Numbered from the stretch's first letter, positions 1 through 10,170 are shown. The stretch is DNA of 64,000 bases from an uncultured bacterium (GCA_963695335.1 OY968764.1:832001-896000), one strand, 5' to 3'. The notes: generated by a model not told the origin, from the sequence alone. Numbers and translations are program-made.

Positions 1-590
1 ATTTCTGTTGTGCCGGATGTGCGGATGCCATAATTGTTGAGCAATGGATTAAAGTTTTGTAACACCGCCTGCCATTCAGGTGTATTTTTATTGGGGAATA
101 TATCATCATTTGGTGAAAGATCGGTAAATGTTATGTTGTTGATTTTTAATTTTCTGACGGGCAAATAGAAGAAAAGCAGCAACCCGTGAGAAAGATTTTG
201 AGTAAATGAAAGGTTTGATTCGATGATATGGAATTTTCCATCGATTGAAACTGTTGCAAAATCAGTTCTTTTAGGCAATGCTGCAAGATTGTTTAAAAGT
301 GCGTTATATTGATTGTCTGGGTTAGTGAATATAGTATTAACGTTAAGTTCTTGGATATTCTGTAAGCCATAAATATCGAGTAAAGGAACAATACTGTTGT
401 TGGCGGAGCGGCCTTGGCTGGTTGAACCTCCCTCTACGTTTGCTTCAAATGTTGAGAGGTAATCATGTTCTAGGCGTGGCTCTGGGAACATGTTGGTTGC
501 ACGATAAAAATGAGGATTGTCGATAGCGCTCAGATAAACTGAGCTCATGCCTGCAAGGCAGGCAATAAGTAGATAGTTTTTATATTTCAT
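1..590 (-). CDS. Secreted/outer-membrane hypothetical protein, runs off window start
   Basis: Manual translation from ATG at 590: MKYKNYLLIACLAGMSSVYLSAIDNPHFYRATN..., open to position 1; signal-peptide-like N-terminus. Confidence 0.75.
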   Translation of the reverse strand, partial: MKYKNYLLIACLAGMSSVYLSAIDNPHFYRATNMFPEPRLEHDYLSTFEANVEGGSTSQGRSANNSIVPLLDIYGLQNIQELNVNTIFTNPDNQYNALLNNLAALPKRTDFATVSIDGKFHIIESNLSFTQNLSHGLLLFFYLPVRKLKINNITFTDLSPNDDIFPNKNTPEWQAVLQNFNPLLNNYGIRTSGTTE

Positions 591-708
591 AATTGGTCCC
601 GCGTTTGTCCGGTATTTTTTTTCAGTATAAGGAATTTATCAAAAAAAGGAAAAAGTGATATACTAAAACAGTGTATTACAGTAAAGAATATTGATATAAG
701 GGGGAATT

Positions 709-1266
709 ATGGCTATAAACGACAACGATAAATTTAAAAAGTTTTTTGGTTTTGGTGGCGGTAACGATTCAGATGCAGCAACAGAAGGTACCAATGAACC
801 GGTTTTGAGTGAAAAAGAGCAACTGGATAAAGCAAACGCAGCCGTTGCTGAATGGGCTGAAAAATATTTGTCTTTAACGGCAGATTTCCAAAATTATAAA
901 AAACGTGTGACTCAAGAAAGAACAGATTGGGCGCAAGATTCACAAAAACAGGTTATTTTGGGTCTTCTTGATGTTATTGATAATTTTGAACGTGCACTTG
1001 AACAAGAAAAAAAGCGTGAAGACACTGCGCATGTTGCATGGCTTGCTGGTTTTGAAATGATTTACCAATCTCTTGAAAAACTTTTAGCTAAATTTGGTGT
1101 CCAACCAATCACTGATTTTTCTGTGTTTAATCCAAAATATCATGAAGCTTTGGTACAAGTTGAATCTGGTAAACATAAATCAGGTGAGATTGTACAAGCG
1201 CTACAAAAAGGTTATACAATGCACGACAAAGTAATTCGTCCTGCTATTGTGAGTGTTGCAAAATAA
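709..1266 (+). CDS. grpE: Nucleotide exchange factor GrpE
   Basis: ADFQNYKKR, LLDVIDNFERAL, FNPKYHEAL, QKGYTMHDKVIRPAIVSV motifs. Confidence 0.95.
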   Translation: MAINDNDKFKKFFGFGGGNDSDAATEGTNEPVLSEKEQLDKANAAVAEWAEKYLSLTADFQNYKKRVTQERTDWAQDSQKQVILGLLDVIDNFERALEQEKKREDTAHVAWLAGFEMIYQSLEKLLAKFGVQPITDFSVFNPKYHEALVQVESGKHKSGEIVQALQKGYTMHDKVIRPAIVSVAK

Positions 1267-1290
1267 ATAAATCTCAATAAAATTGAATAA

Positions 1291-1319
1291 AAAAAGAACG
1301 GTTTTTAGCCGTTCTTTTT
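1291..1319. terminator. Bidirectional intrinsic terminator
   Basis: AAAAAGAACGG-loop-CCGTTCTTTTT between convergent genes. Confidence 0.75.
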
Positions 1320-1324
1320 GATTT

Positions 1325-2425
1325 TTACCCCTTCAGGTAACTTAATGCACCAAACATAAGTTCAATAAAAATGAGAATGATGATAAGCACAGAAAGTAAA
1401 TCTTCTCGCGTAGCATCAATCTTTTCTTGAAACACTGTCTGCACATCTTCAACAATGCGTAATTTTCTATCAATTCCATCATGCCAATTTTTTAAATCTA
1501 ACTTTTCAGCCAATAAATTATGAATTTCTGAATAATACGGTTCACCAGCAATTTTAATACTACTTTCTAAACGTTCAGTGATCACAGAGATATCAACTTT
1601 TAATTTACGCAGTTGTCCAACCGGATCGCTAAAGAATGTCCCAAAAAATGGTAAATAAGCGCCCCATGAAAGTTTTGTTTCTTTGCGTTCATAAATCATG
1701 TTGATTTGTTGATCAAGAAGACGGTCAAAAAAGCGTAATTCAAGTTGTTGAATATTGGCAAATTCAAAGAGATCAATAATATCACTATAATCTTCTTCAT
1801 ATACAAATGCCGCATCGATATCAATAACTATCAAACTGCCACGGAAATAACCAATTGCAGAATCAAGCATTTCATTTTTTTGAAATTCAGATAATATTTC
1901 TGTTTCAAAACGGAGTGTGGAGGCAATTGTGCTGCCGTATTCTTTTTGCAGTTGTGTTAAATCGAGCACTGTTGGTTGTGGATCAACCTGCACAATAACG
2001 TAAGAAGCTTTTGTTTGAAAGAATTTTGGTTGCGTAACAAATTGCTCAATTTTTTTATAAACTATTTCAGCGTCGTTAATACTTTGTTGTTGGTATTTGT
2101 CTGCAAGCTGATCACAATTCACTCGTAAATTTTCAAGCGTGTCTGAAAATGGAATTTTATATGTCAGTGAGATTGCGCCAAAATTATGTATTTTGCTGCT
2201 TGTTAAATATGTATCAGAAGGTGCTGGGTGTTCAATGGCAAGAGGAACATTGTATTGCTTGAAATGTTTTGGAAGGTGAAGTGGCACTTTAACAATGTCT
2301 GGTGATTGTTCAATTTTATCAAGATTAATATCTTCACCAATATCATATGCCCATAATATAAGAATATTGCCAGAGAATATAAGATCGCTTTTTGGTTTTT
2401 CAAGGTCTGGAGTGAGAGATGGCAT
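1325..2425 (-). CDS. RMD1/DUF155-like membrane-anchored protein
   Basis: AYDIGEDINL, EFANIQQLELRFFDRLLD, C-terminal TM IIILIFIE; start moved to ATG 2425 behind AAAGGGA. Confidence 0.55.
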   Translation of the reverse strand: MPSLTPDLEKPKSDLIFSGNILILWAYDIGEDINLDKIEQSPDIVKVPLHLPKHFKQYNVPLAIEHPAPSDTYLTSSKIHNFGAISLTYKIPFSDTLENLRVNCDQLADKYQQQSINDAEIVYKKIEQFVTQPKFFQTKASYVIVQVDPQPTVLDLTQLQKEYGSTIASTLRFETEILSEFQKNEMLDSAIGYFRGSLIVIDIDAAFVYEEDYSDIIDLFEFANIQQLELRFFDRLLDQQINMIYERKETKLSWGAYLPFFGTFFSDPVGQLRKLKVDISVITERLESSIKIAGEPYYSEIHNLLAEKLDLKNWHDGIDRKLRIVEDVQTVFQEKIDATREDLLSVLIIILIFIELMFGALSYLKG

Positions 2426-2493
2426 GGTCAGTTCCCTTTGGTTGAATGGGTGGTTGTTGTTACTGAGCATAGCCAAGCTTGTAAAAAAAATAA

Positions 2494-2517
2494 AGGCGCA
2501 CCATTGAAGGTGCGCCT
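2494..2517 (-). terminator. Intrinsic terminator
   Basis: AGGCGCACC/GGTGCGCCT hairpin flanked by A/T tracts. Confidence 0.7.
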
Positions 2518-2541
2518 CTTTTATAAGCTTAACGTTAGTGG

Positions 2542-3210
2542 TTATCCTCGAGCAGCAGCTCCTGCAGCGTAACCAGCTGAATAGTCAGCGCTTTGCGCTG
2601 AACCTTCAGCTCTATCAGCCGCATCCATAGCATCTTGCGCTGCTTGCGCCGCTCTATCTGCTTCTTCTTGAGATGCATAGTAGTAACCATCATAACCAGA
2701 TTGGTACGGATATGCAGTACTCCATGCAAGTGCATATGTAAGACCAAGGGTACCTAAGAACAATCCATAGCCACCCCAAGCTCCCCATCCACCCCAGTCG
2801 CCGCCATGACCATAATAATTGTTAACGGTCGTGTTACGGTTACCTCTGTTACCACGATTACCTTGGCCGCGATTTCCTCTGTTGCCTTGACCTCTACCAG
2901 CACCAGTACCTCTACCACCTCTATGTGCAACGTTTGCGCCGCCTCTACCTGCAGTACCTCTACCTCTGTTTGCTACGCCTGCACCACCTCTACCACGAGC
3001 ACCGCCCATACGGCCGCCACCCATGCTTCTACCACCGCCACCACCAAATCCTCTACCTCCACCACCCATACTTCTACCACCGCCACCACGTCCTCCACCA
3101 CCGCCGCCTCTACCGCCGCCACCTCCGCCACCGCGTGGGAATGCATTTTGTGTAACTAATAGTATGCTAGCAAGTATGCATACCATATTCATTAATTTTT
3201 TTCTGTTCAT
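2542..3210 (-). CDS. Secreted Gly/Arg (RGG)-rich protein
   Basis: Signal peptide, long RGG/GNRG repeats, hydrophobic segment, Ala-rich tail. Confidence 0.8.
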   Translation of the reverse strand: MNRKKLMNMVCILASILLVTQNAFPRGGGGGGGRGGGGGGRGGGGRSMGGGGRGFGGGGGRSMGGGRMGGARGRGGAGVANRGRGTAGRGGANVAHRGGRGTGAGRGQGNRGNRGQGNRGNRGNRNTTVNNYYGHGGDWGGWGAWGGYGLFLGTLGLTYALAWSTAYPYQSGYDGYYYASQEEADRAAQAAQDAMDAADRAEGSAQSADYSAGYAAGAAARG

Positions 3211-3252
3211 GAAATCTTCCTTTTTTAATTGTATGTATAGAATGAACTTTTT

Positions 3253-3594
3253 TTATTCATTAATAATTGCTTCTTCTGTAGCAAGTATCGGTAATATTGC
3301 ATATTCACCATCATCATAATCATCATAGTAGCCATCTCCATAATATCCGCCATCATATCCATGACCATGTTCATGACCATATCTACTTCTATGCTCATGA
3401 CCTCTGCTCACATGACCTCTATTACCAGCGTGGCTTGTTCCACTTACATGGCTTTCACCACCTCTGCTACCGTGTGCACTGCCAGTGCTATGTCCGCCAC
3501 TGTTTCCACCGCCTCGAGTTAATGTATCTTGTGCTAGAAAGAGCATACTCATAAATATGCTCATTATTCCTAGCCTTTTAATGTTTTTATTCAT
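3253..3594 (-). CDS. Secreted Gly/His/Tyr-rich protein
   Basis: Signal peptide ending ...RGGG like the neighbouring gene; His-rich, then YYDDY acidic segment. Confidence 0.7.
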   Translation of the reverse strand: MNKNIKRLGIMSIFMSMLFLAQDTLTRGGGNSGGHSTGSAHGSRGGESHVSGTSHAGNRGHVSRGHEHRSRYGHEHGHGYDGGYYGDGYYDDYDDGEYAILPILATEEAIINE

Positions 3595-3631
3595 AATAAT
3601 TCCTTTTTAAGCTATGTTTACTTGTGGTTTT

Positions 3632-3847
3632 TTAGTCGCAACAATGCCCTTTAGGCATTGCATTACAATTACAGCTGTTACAGCCGCATCCACATGTTTT
3701 TTTTCCATCGCAATCATTGCAACGGCATTTACATTTATCTTTGCAAGAAGTAGAGCTACACGCTGATTTGCCATAGTTTCCGAAGTATTTGCTTTTTTCG
3801 CCTGGATTAGAACTATTGCCATTGTCGGCCTTGATATGCTTTTTCAT
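3632..3847 (-). CDS. Small Cys-rich metallothionein-like protein
   Basis: ATG 3847 behind AAAGGAG; 71 aa with 13 Cys in CxC/CxxC/CC clusters. Confidence 0.6.
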   Translation of the reverse strand: MKKHIKADNGNSSNPGEKSKYFGNYGKSACSSTSCKDKCKCRCNDCDGKKTCGCGCNSCNCNAMPKGHCCD

Positions 3848-4009
3848 AAAAAGCACTCCTTTTTTGGGGTTATAGATTAAAAATATATCCTTCACCTCTA
3901 ACCATAATCAAAAAAGTGGTCATAACTCAATAATTTGTTTAACTTTTAGGGTAGAAATGCGTGTGGATGAGGTTAAAAAATAACCCCCGGAGTAAATCCA
4001 GGGGGGGTG

Positions 4010-5830
4010 TTATTTCTTGAGGAGGGATAAGAACGCCTCTTGGGGAACTTCAACAGAGCCGACCTGTTTCATCTTCTTTTTACCCTCTTTTTGTTTTTCA
4101 AGAAGTTTACGTTTACGGCTAATATCGCCACCATAACATTTTGCAGTTACATCTTTACGCAATGGAGCAACGCGTTCTTTGGCGATAATTTTTGAGCCAA
4201 TGGCTGCTTGAATAACAACTTCAAACAGTTGGCGATGAATAACCTTTTGTAAGCGTTGCGTGAGGTCTCTGCCGATATAAAACGCTCTATCACGGTGAAT
4301 AATAATAGAAAGCGCGTCCACAGCCTTGCCATTCAGGAGGATATCCATTTTAACAAGATCTGCTGGTTCATACCCAGCAACCTCATAATCAAAGCTTGCG
4401 TACCCAGAGCTGAGGCCTTTGAGCTCTCCATAGAATTCCATGGCAACTTCATTGAGTGGTAAACGGTATTTAAGAATAACGCGTGTATCATCAAGATAAG
4501 TAAGGTTTTCTTGTCTGCCCCGTTTTTCTTCACAGAGCTTAATAACATTGCCAAGATATTGTTGTGGAACAATAATCGTTGCATTAATCATTGGTTCAAG
4601 AATTTCATCAATATAGTTGCGTTCAGGGAAATCTGACGGATTTTCGATAGTGATCATCTTGCCCGTTCCAGCCATTTTTATTTGATACAACACGCTCGGA
4701 GCTGTTGCAATAACGGTGAGATTATATTCTTGTTCAAGACGTTGTTTGAACACTTCCATATGGAGCATACCCAAAAATCCGCATCTGAAGCCAATTCCAA
4801 GCGCTGCAGATGTCTTTTTTTCAACTGATATACTTGCATCATTAAGGGTAAGTTTTTCAATTGCTTCTTCCAGTAGGCCAATCTCTTCACTATCCACAGG
4901 GAATATTCCCGCAAAAACCATCTGTTTTGCAGGTTTAAAACCAGGGAACAGCTCAACCGGTTTTTTGTTGTGATAAATAGTATCACCAATTTGTGCTTCT
5001 TTGATGGTTTTCATACCAGTGATTAAATACCCAACTTGCCCCGCATAGAGCACATTGGTTGGGGTTGGTTCTGGGTACATTAAGCCCACTTCCAGTACTT
5101 CATAATTTGAGCTTGCTTGCGCGAGGCTTATGATATCACCTTTTTTGATAATTCCATCATGTAATGCAATCAAGCAAATAACACCACGGTAATCATCAAA
5201 CCATGAATCAAAAAGCAGTGCACGCAGAGGTTTATCAGACGATACATGTAAACTTGGAATGCGTTCAATAACCGCCTCAAAAATATCAGTAACACCAATA
5301 TTTGCCTTTGCAGAAGCTTTGATCACTTCATCTGCTTTAAAATCAAATAAGTTAACAAATTGATTGGTTACTTTTTCTGGATCAGCATTGGGAAGATCAA
5401 TTTTGTTAATGACAGGGATAATTTTTAAATCTTGATCAAATGCAAGATAGAAGTTTGCCATAGTTTGCGCTTGCACACCTTGTGCAGCATCAATGAGGAG
5501 CAATGCGCCTTGGCAGGCATATAATGAACGAGAAACTTCATACGTAAAATCAACGTGCCCCGGGGTATCAATAAGATTAAGCAGATATTTTACCCCTTTG
5601 TATTCATAGAACATAGAAGCAGTTTGTGCTTTAACGGTAATGCCACGCTCACGTTCCACTTGGAGTTTGTCGAGAAATTGCTCTTTTTTTTGCCGCTCAG
5701 TGATAGTGCCTGATATTTCTAATAATCTATCAGATAATGTTGATTTACCATGATCGATATGGGCAATAATGGAAAAATTTCTGATTCTATCTGGGGTAAA
5801 TTCTTGTAAATTAGGAATGCGTTGACTCAT
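4010..5830 (-). CDS. lepA: Elongation factor 4 (LepA/GUF1)
   Basis: IRNFSIIAHIDHGKST, DTPGHVDF, NKID, KCYGGDISRKRKLLEKQKEGKKKMK. Confidence 0.97.
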   Translation of the reverse strand: MSQRIPNLQEFTPDRIRNFSIIAHIDHGKSTLSDRLLEISGTITERQKKEQFLDKLQVERERGITVKAQTASMFYEYKGVKYLLNLIDTPGHVDFTYEVSRSLYACQGALLLIDAAQGVQAQTMANFYLAFDQDLKIIPVINKIDLPNADPEKVTNQFVNLFDFKADEVIKASAKANIGVTDIFEAVIERIPSLHVSSDKPLRALLFDSWFDDYRGVICLIALHDGIIKKGDIISLAQASSNYEVLEVGLMYPEPTPTNVLYAGQVGYLITGMKTIKEAQIGDTIYHNKKPVELFPGFKPAKQMVFAGIFPVDSEEIGLLEEAIEKLTLNDASISVEKKTSAALGIGFRCGFLGMLHMEVFKQRLEQEYNLTVIATAPSVLYQIKMAGTGKMITIENPSDFPERNYIDEILEPMINATIIVPQQYLGNVIKLCEEKRGRQENLTYLDDTRVILKYRLPLNEVAMEFYGELKGLSSGYASFDYEVAGYEPADLVKMDILLNGKAVDALSIIIHRDRAFYIGRDLTQRLQKVIHRQLFEVVIQAAIGSKIIAKERVAPLRKDVTAKCYGGDISRKRKLLEKQKEGKKKMKQVGSVEVPQEAFLSLLKK

Positions 5831-6025
5831 GCGTTTCTCATTCTATGGTTTTAAGGGTGTTTTTAAAGGAAAAACCTTAAGGATAAGTATAAAGGATGCT
5901 AGTTTTTTGTAAAATGCAGGCCAATTTGAATCAATTATCGCTAAAATAGACCCCTTTTGCGGCATTTGCTGGTTTTATGGTAGTCTTAAAATATAGGGAT
6001 ATTTTGTTATAAACGGGGGTTTTTT

Positions 6026-6697
6026 ATGAAAAAGTTATTATTGTTTAATGTATTATTGTTGGTTGCTTCGCTGAGTTATTCAATGGAAGAAAATAAAGAG
6101 ATAGACCCAAGCAAACCTTTATTAGAACAGCTAGAGGGTTTAGGGGGTACTGACAGAAAAGATTGTATAGCATTCTGGTGCGATGCGTTTAAAGGAAAAT
6201 TGAGCAAAATTGAAAAAGAATCGTGTAATATTCGTAATGGTTTTGAATGGATTACGATAGAATATTATGAACTGTTATATGCAAAAAAGATGAAGGCCCA
6301 TAGTCATGAGTTAAATGATACAGATAATAAGGAATATATTGATACTCTTTTGATGCTAGAAGCAACTAAAAACTTTATGAAGCGTGATTTGAATAATGTT
6401 TCTTGGTTCCAGAGGTTGTGGAATTATGGAGTATACCAAAATTATCAAAAATCAACTCAAACATTAGATGAAGAAATTGCTTTGTTTAAAGATCAAGACA
6501 AAGTTGTGTCTCCAGAAAAAACTGTGAATACTTCAAGTTCTACAGAAACAATTGTGAACGAGTTAACAGGGCAAATAAAAATAGATGCTCAAATAACAGG
6601 TTCATATTTAAAACCACAATTAACGCGTCGTGATGTTTTCACAAGATCAAGGATGCCGCGCAGCAGGTTTGAGCAAGTAAAAACAGCTCGCGAGTAA
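6026..6697 (+). CDS. Secreted hypothetical protein
   Basis: Signal peptide MKKLLL...SLSYS-ME; GGGGG RBS. Confidence 0.8.
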   Translation: MKKLLLFNVLLLVASLSYSMEENKEIDPSKPLLEQLEGLGGTDRKDCIAFWCDAFKGKLSKIEKESCNIRNGFEWITIEYYELLYAKKMKAHSHELNDTDNKEYIDTLLMLEATKNFMKRDLNNVSWFQRLWNYGVYQNYQKSTQTLDEEIALFKDQDKVVSPEKTVNTSSSTETIVNELTGQIKIDAQITGSYLKPQLTRRDVFTRSRMPRSRFEQVKTARE

Positions 6698-6906
6698 TTG
6701 TTTGAGATAGCTTATTAAAAATATAAAAATGGAACATTGGGTTAATCAGAAATGGTTAATGAGGTTCCATTTTTTGTTGTTTGAGAAAAGGCTGGATGTA
6801 AGTTATACAAAAGAAAGTTTTAAAAACATCTGTTTTGACTTAATTCATCTGCAATGTTATGGTTAAATTATAAAGTTATTGTTTATATACATAGAGGTTA
6901 ATTTTT

Positions 6907-7716
6907 ATGAAGAAGTTATTATTGCTGAGTTCCTTATTATCGATCGCTTCATTGAGTTATTCAATGGATAATGAGCGTGCAAAAAAAATTGCAGAGCAAA
7001 ACCAAGAGATGGATAGAATGCTCGATGAAGCTAAGGCAATGAAGGCTGGCATGGAAGATATGTCACGTAAACTTGGTGTGCCTGTGGATCAAGATAAACA
7101 AGAAAAAAAGACAGGTGGTAAGTTAGCACAGCTGAATGCTAGTGCACAAAGTTTTGCGGATAGAGTAAGAAATTTAAATAATCCCAATCGAAAAGTACAA
7201 AAAGAAGAAGAGAAAAGAGAAGTGTTAAAAACGCTTGATGAGTTAAAAATAAAGAGAGATTATTCTTTATTTGTAGCATCATTAGATAAAATAAGACAGG
7301 AAAGAAAAAGTAAAAAAGGTTCGAACGAAGAATTTGTAGAATTGGAACAACAGATTAAGCCAACAGGAATATATTATTGTTTCAGGGATATGAAAGCAAT
7401 TGAAATGATATTTGGTGCGCGTTCAGAAAAGAAGGAAGCGCAGGCAAAATTGTATGCTATGTTTAGCGATCATTTAGGAAATCGTTTCAGTCATCAGTTG
7501 AATGAATTACAAGAATCTTCCAGAAATGTTAGACGAAGTTTACAAAAAGATCCTAAGAATGAAACGCTTATTAAACAAAAAGAACTGATTAAAAATGAAA
7601 TTAAGTCATTTTCTGATTTAAGAAATTATGATAGTTTTTATCGATCATCTATCAAAGGAACTAAATTTGATCTTTTTAAACAGAGTGAAGCCGCTACAAG
7701 AGCATCTCGCGAGTAA
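6907..7716 (+). CDS. Secreted coiled-coil hypothetical protein
   Basis: Signal peptide MKKLLL...SLSYS-MD; K/E-rich. Confidence 0.8.
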   Translation: MKKLLLLSSLLSIASLSYSMDNERAKKIAEQNQEMDRMLDEAKAMKAGMEDMSRKLGVPVDQDKQEKKTGGKLAQLNASAQSFADRVRNLNNPNRKVQKEEEKREVLKTLDELKIKRDYSLFVASLDKIRQERKSKKGSNEEFVELEQQIKPTGIYYCFRDMKAIEMIFGARSEKKEAQAKLYAMFSDHLGNRFSHQLNELQESSRNVRRSLQKDPKNETLIKQKELIKNEIKSFSDLRNYDSFYRSSIKGTKFDLFKQSEAATRASRE

Positions 7717-7923
7717 TTGTTTAAGATAGCTTATTAAAATATAAAAAATGGAACATTGGGGTTAATTAGCAATGGTTACGCAACGTTCCCTTTTTTTGTT
7801 GGTTTTTGGCAAAAACAGCTAAAAATGCTCAAAAAGCCGCTAAATATAGGCCCTTTTGCGGTGTTTATGGGTTTATGGTAATCTTAAAATATAGAGATTA
7901 TTTGTATATATATGGGGGTTTTT

Positions 7924-8268
7924 ATGAAAAAGTTATTATTAGTTTCTATGGTTGCGGTTGGCTTTGCGCAGCAGGTAAATGCAGAGGCATTGTCTTCTAA
8001 GCTTGAGCCATATCTTTTTAGGTATCCAACTTCGTATATGTGTAAAGCGATGTATGATTTGTGTGTAATGCATGAAACGGTAGAACAAATGCGTAAAGAA
8101 GCGCAGCAGCAAGAAGAAGCGCAAGAGCAACAAAGAATTAAAAAAATAAGATTTATATCAAATTTTTTTAGTAAAGCACGTTCACGTGATGAACGAATTA
8201 TTTTCATTGAAAAGAAAGAGGGTATGTTGGCTCGTACGTTTAATGTACACGATAAGAATAGAGAATAG
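7924..8268 (+). CDS. Secreted hypothetical protein
   Basis: Signal peptide MKKLLLVSMVAVGFAQQVNA; same upstream region as the 6026 gene. Confidence 0.7.
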   Translation: MKKLLLVSMVAVGFAQQVNAEALSSKLEPYLFRYPTSYMCKAMYDLCVMHETVEQMRKEAQQQEEAQEQQRIKKIRFISNFFSKARSRDERIIFIEKKEGMLARTFNVHDKNRE

Positions 8269-8388
8269 TCATTTGAGCTATTCTTAGTTTTTAAAAAATT
8301 ATAAAAATGGATTGTGGTAATAATTGATTACTGCAGCCCATTTTTTTATAGTAATAAACCATAATTATGTAAAGTGAAAGGTTGTTGT

Positions 8389-9204
8389 ATGAAAAGAAGA
8401 ATAATTATAGCATCATTGTTTGGTTTATCATTTTTTGCCGTTTTAGCAGCAGAGTTGAAGGTAACGTATGGCATTGCTATGCACCAAAATAAGCGTCCAT
8501 ATCAAGAAGATAGATTTGCTTATGCAGATCTTAATGGAGGGCATTTTTTTGGTGTATATGATGGGCATGGCGGTGACAAAACATCATCTTTTCTAAAAAC
8601 CAATCTGCATGCTTATTTTCAGGAATGTTTGGGTAAAAGTAGAAAAGAGTGTTTTGAATATGCATTTGCACAAGCTGAAAAATATGCTCTTGAAAACTAT
8701 AAAGATGGTTCAACTGCTGTTGTTGCGTACATAGACAATGAACATGTATTGCATTTTTCGTGGGCTGGCGATTCGCGGGCTGTTCTTGAATGTAATGGCA
8801 AATCATATTTGTTTACAGATGATCATAAGCCTAACAGAGTCGATGAAAAAGAGCGTATAGAACGTGCGGGTGGTGTGGTGCGGTTTAATAGAGTGTGGCG
8901 TGTTAACGGATTAGCAGTATCACGCTCAATTGGTGATGAACCATTGAAATGTAAAATGGGTCAGATTATTGCAACGCCAGAATATAAGTACATGCAATTG
9001 AACTCTGATAATCATTTTGTAATCATAGCATCTGATGGTTTGTGGGATGTTGTGAGTACTGAAGAGGCAGTTGCTATAGTTAAAGAGGAATTAGAAGATG
9101 ATCAACAATCTGTAGGTGATGTTGCGCAGATATTACAAAGTGAAGCTATCAGCAGTGGCAGTCATGATAATATCACGGTTTGTGTGATTAAATTTGATTG
9201 GTAG
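8389..9204 (+). CDS. Secreted PP2C/PPM-family Ser/Thr phosphatase
   Basis: RPYQED, VYDGHGG, GSTA, GDSRA, DHKP, LAVSRSIGD, ASDGLWDV, DNIT; signal peptide. Confidence 0.92.
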   Translation: MKRRIIIASLFGLSFFAVLAAELKVTYGIAMHQNKRPYQEDRFAYADLNGGHFFGVYDGHGGDKTSSFLKTNLHAYFQECLGKSRKECFEYAFAQAEKYALENYKDGSTAVVAYIDNEHVLHFSWAGDSRAVLECNGKSYLFTDDHKPNRVDEKERIERAGGVVRFNRVWRVNGLAVSRSIGDEPLKCKMGQIIATPEYKYMQLNSDNHFVIIASDGLWDVVSTEEAVAIVKEELEDDQQSVGDVAQILQSEAISSGSHDNITVCVIKFDW

Positions 9205-9351
9205 ATTTGATATGTTGTTTGTCATATTTTTGCGTTAAATCTTAAACCATTAGATAAGAATTAAATTTATTTATTTAATACGCCTGTTATAATAGCAATT
9301 ATAAAAATATTATTGGTGGTTTTTTAAATATATTTACATAAAGGTGTTTCT

Positions 9352-10170
9352 GTGAAAATAAAATTAATGATTATTGCTTTGGTAGCTGTTTCAGGGTTGC
9401 ATGGTTCTGAAAGAGGTCAGATGGTGTCTGCTAAGGATGAGAAAGCATTAACAAAAAGTTTTGAGGATTGTGTTAATAGTAGGTCTTATGCTTTTAATAA
9501 TTGCAAACGACCAGTAGTTGTTTGTTGTTTGAAAGAGACGAACAATAAAGAAACAATACATTGTCTGACTCAAAAAGTTATTGATAAAGAGTGCCAAAGC
9601 ATAGATGGAAACTTTGCTCGTATAACAAAGGTTCATTGGTATCCTGCTACAGAGAAAGTGACAAAAATTAAGAATGTAGAAAGTGATCAGTGGATAGATC
9701 AAAATGATACTAAAAGAGTAATGTTATGCACTGTTTATAATATTGGTAGTAACACTGAAAAAGAAGATATTTTAAACGTTAATCAATTACTTGTTAGCCA
9801 TCCAAGAATACCTATGTTAGTTATAGTAACGAGTTCTGATTTAAAATCTATTTGTGAAGCAGTAGAAGCAGATATGACAAGTTTTAATGTTGATTTTTCT
9901 GCCGCGATTCTTCAATCAGCCAAAGAACTAGCTATTAGTAAACTTGATAATATTGTAAATAGTGGTGACTCAATTGATGAATTATTGAAAAAATTAGAAG
10001 AGTTAAGTTGTCAGAGTAAAGTTTTTCAATCTAAGAATGATGAAAAAAAGCTAGTCGATTCTTTAAGTGCTTTCTATTCTTTCACCAAATTTTTCACCAA
10101 TCACTGGGGAAAATTAGCAGGAGTTTCTTTGATAGGTATACTTGCTTGCTATTATAAAGTTACTCATTAA
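9352..10170 (+). CDS. Secreted, C-terminally anchored hypothetical protein
   Basis: Signal peptide; C-terminal TM FFTNHWGKLAGVSLIGILACYYK. Confidence 0.8.
   Translation: MKIKLMIIALVAVSGLHGSERGQMVSAKDEKALTKSFEDCVNSRSYAFNNCKRPVVVCCLKETNNKETIHCLTQKVIDKECQSIDGNFARITKVHWYPATEKVTKIKNVESDQWIDQNDTKRVMLCTVYNIGSNTEKEDILNVNQLLVSHPRIPMLVIVTSSDLKSICEAVEADMTSFNVDFSAAILQSAKELAISKLDNIVNSGDSIDELLKKLEELSCQSKVFQSKNDEKKLVDSLSAFYSFTKFFTNHWGKLAGVSLIGILACYYKVTH

Noticed and set aside
2806..3319. Plus-strand Thr-, His- and Pro-rich ORFs
   Set aside because: Antisense shadows of the Gly-rich gene
5939..8348. Integron cassette array
   Set aside because: 3' repeats are terminator hairpins without recognisable attC R''/R' boxes; each gene has its own upstream region; no IntI seen
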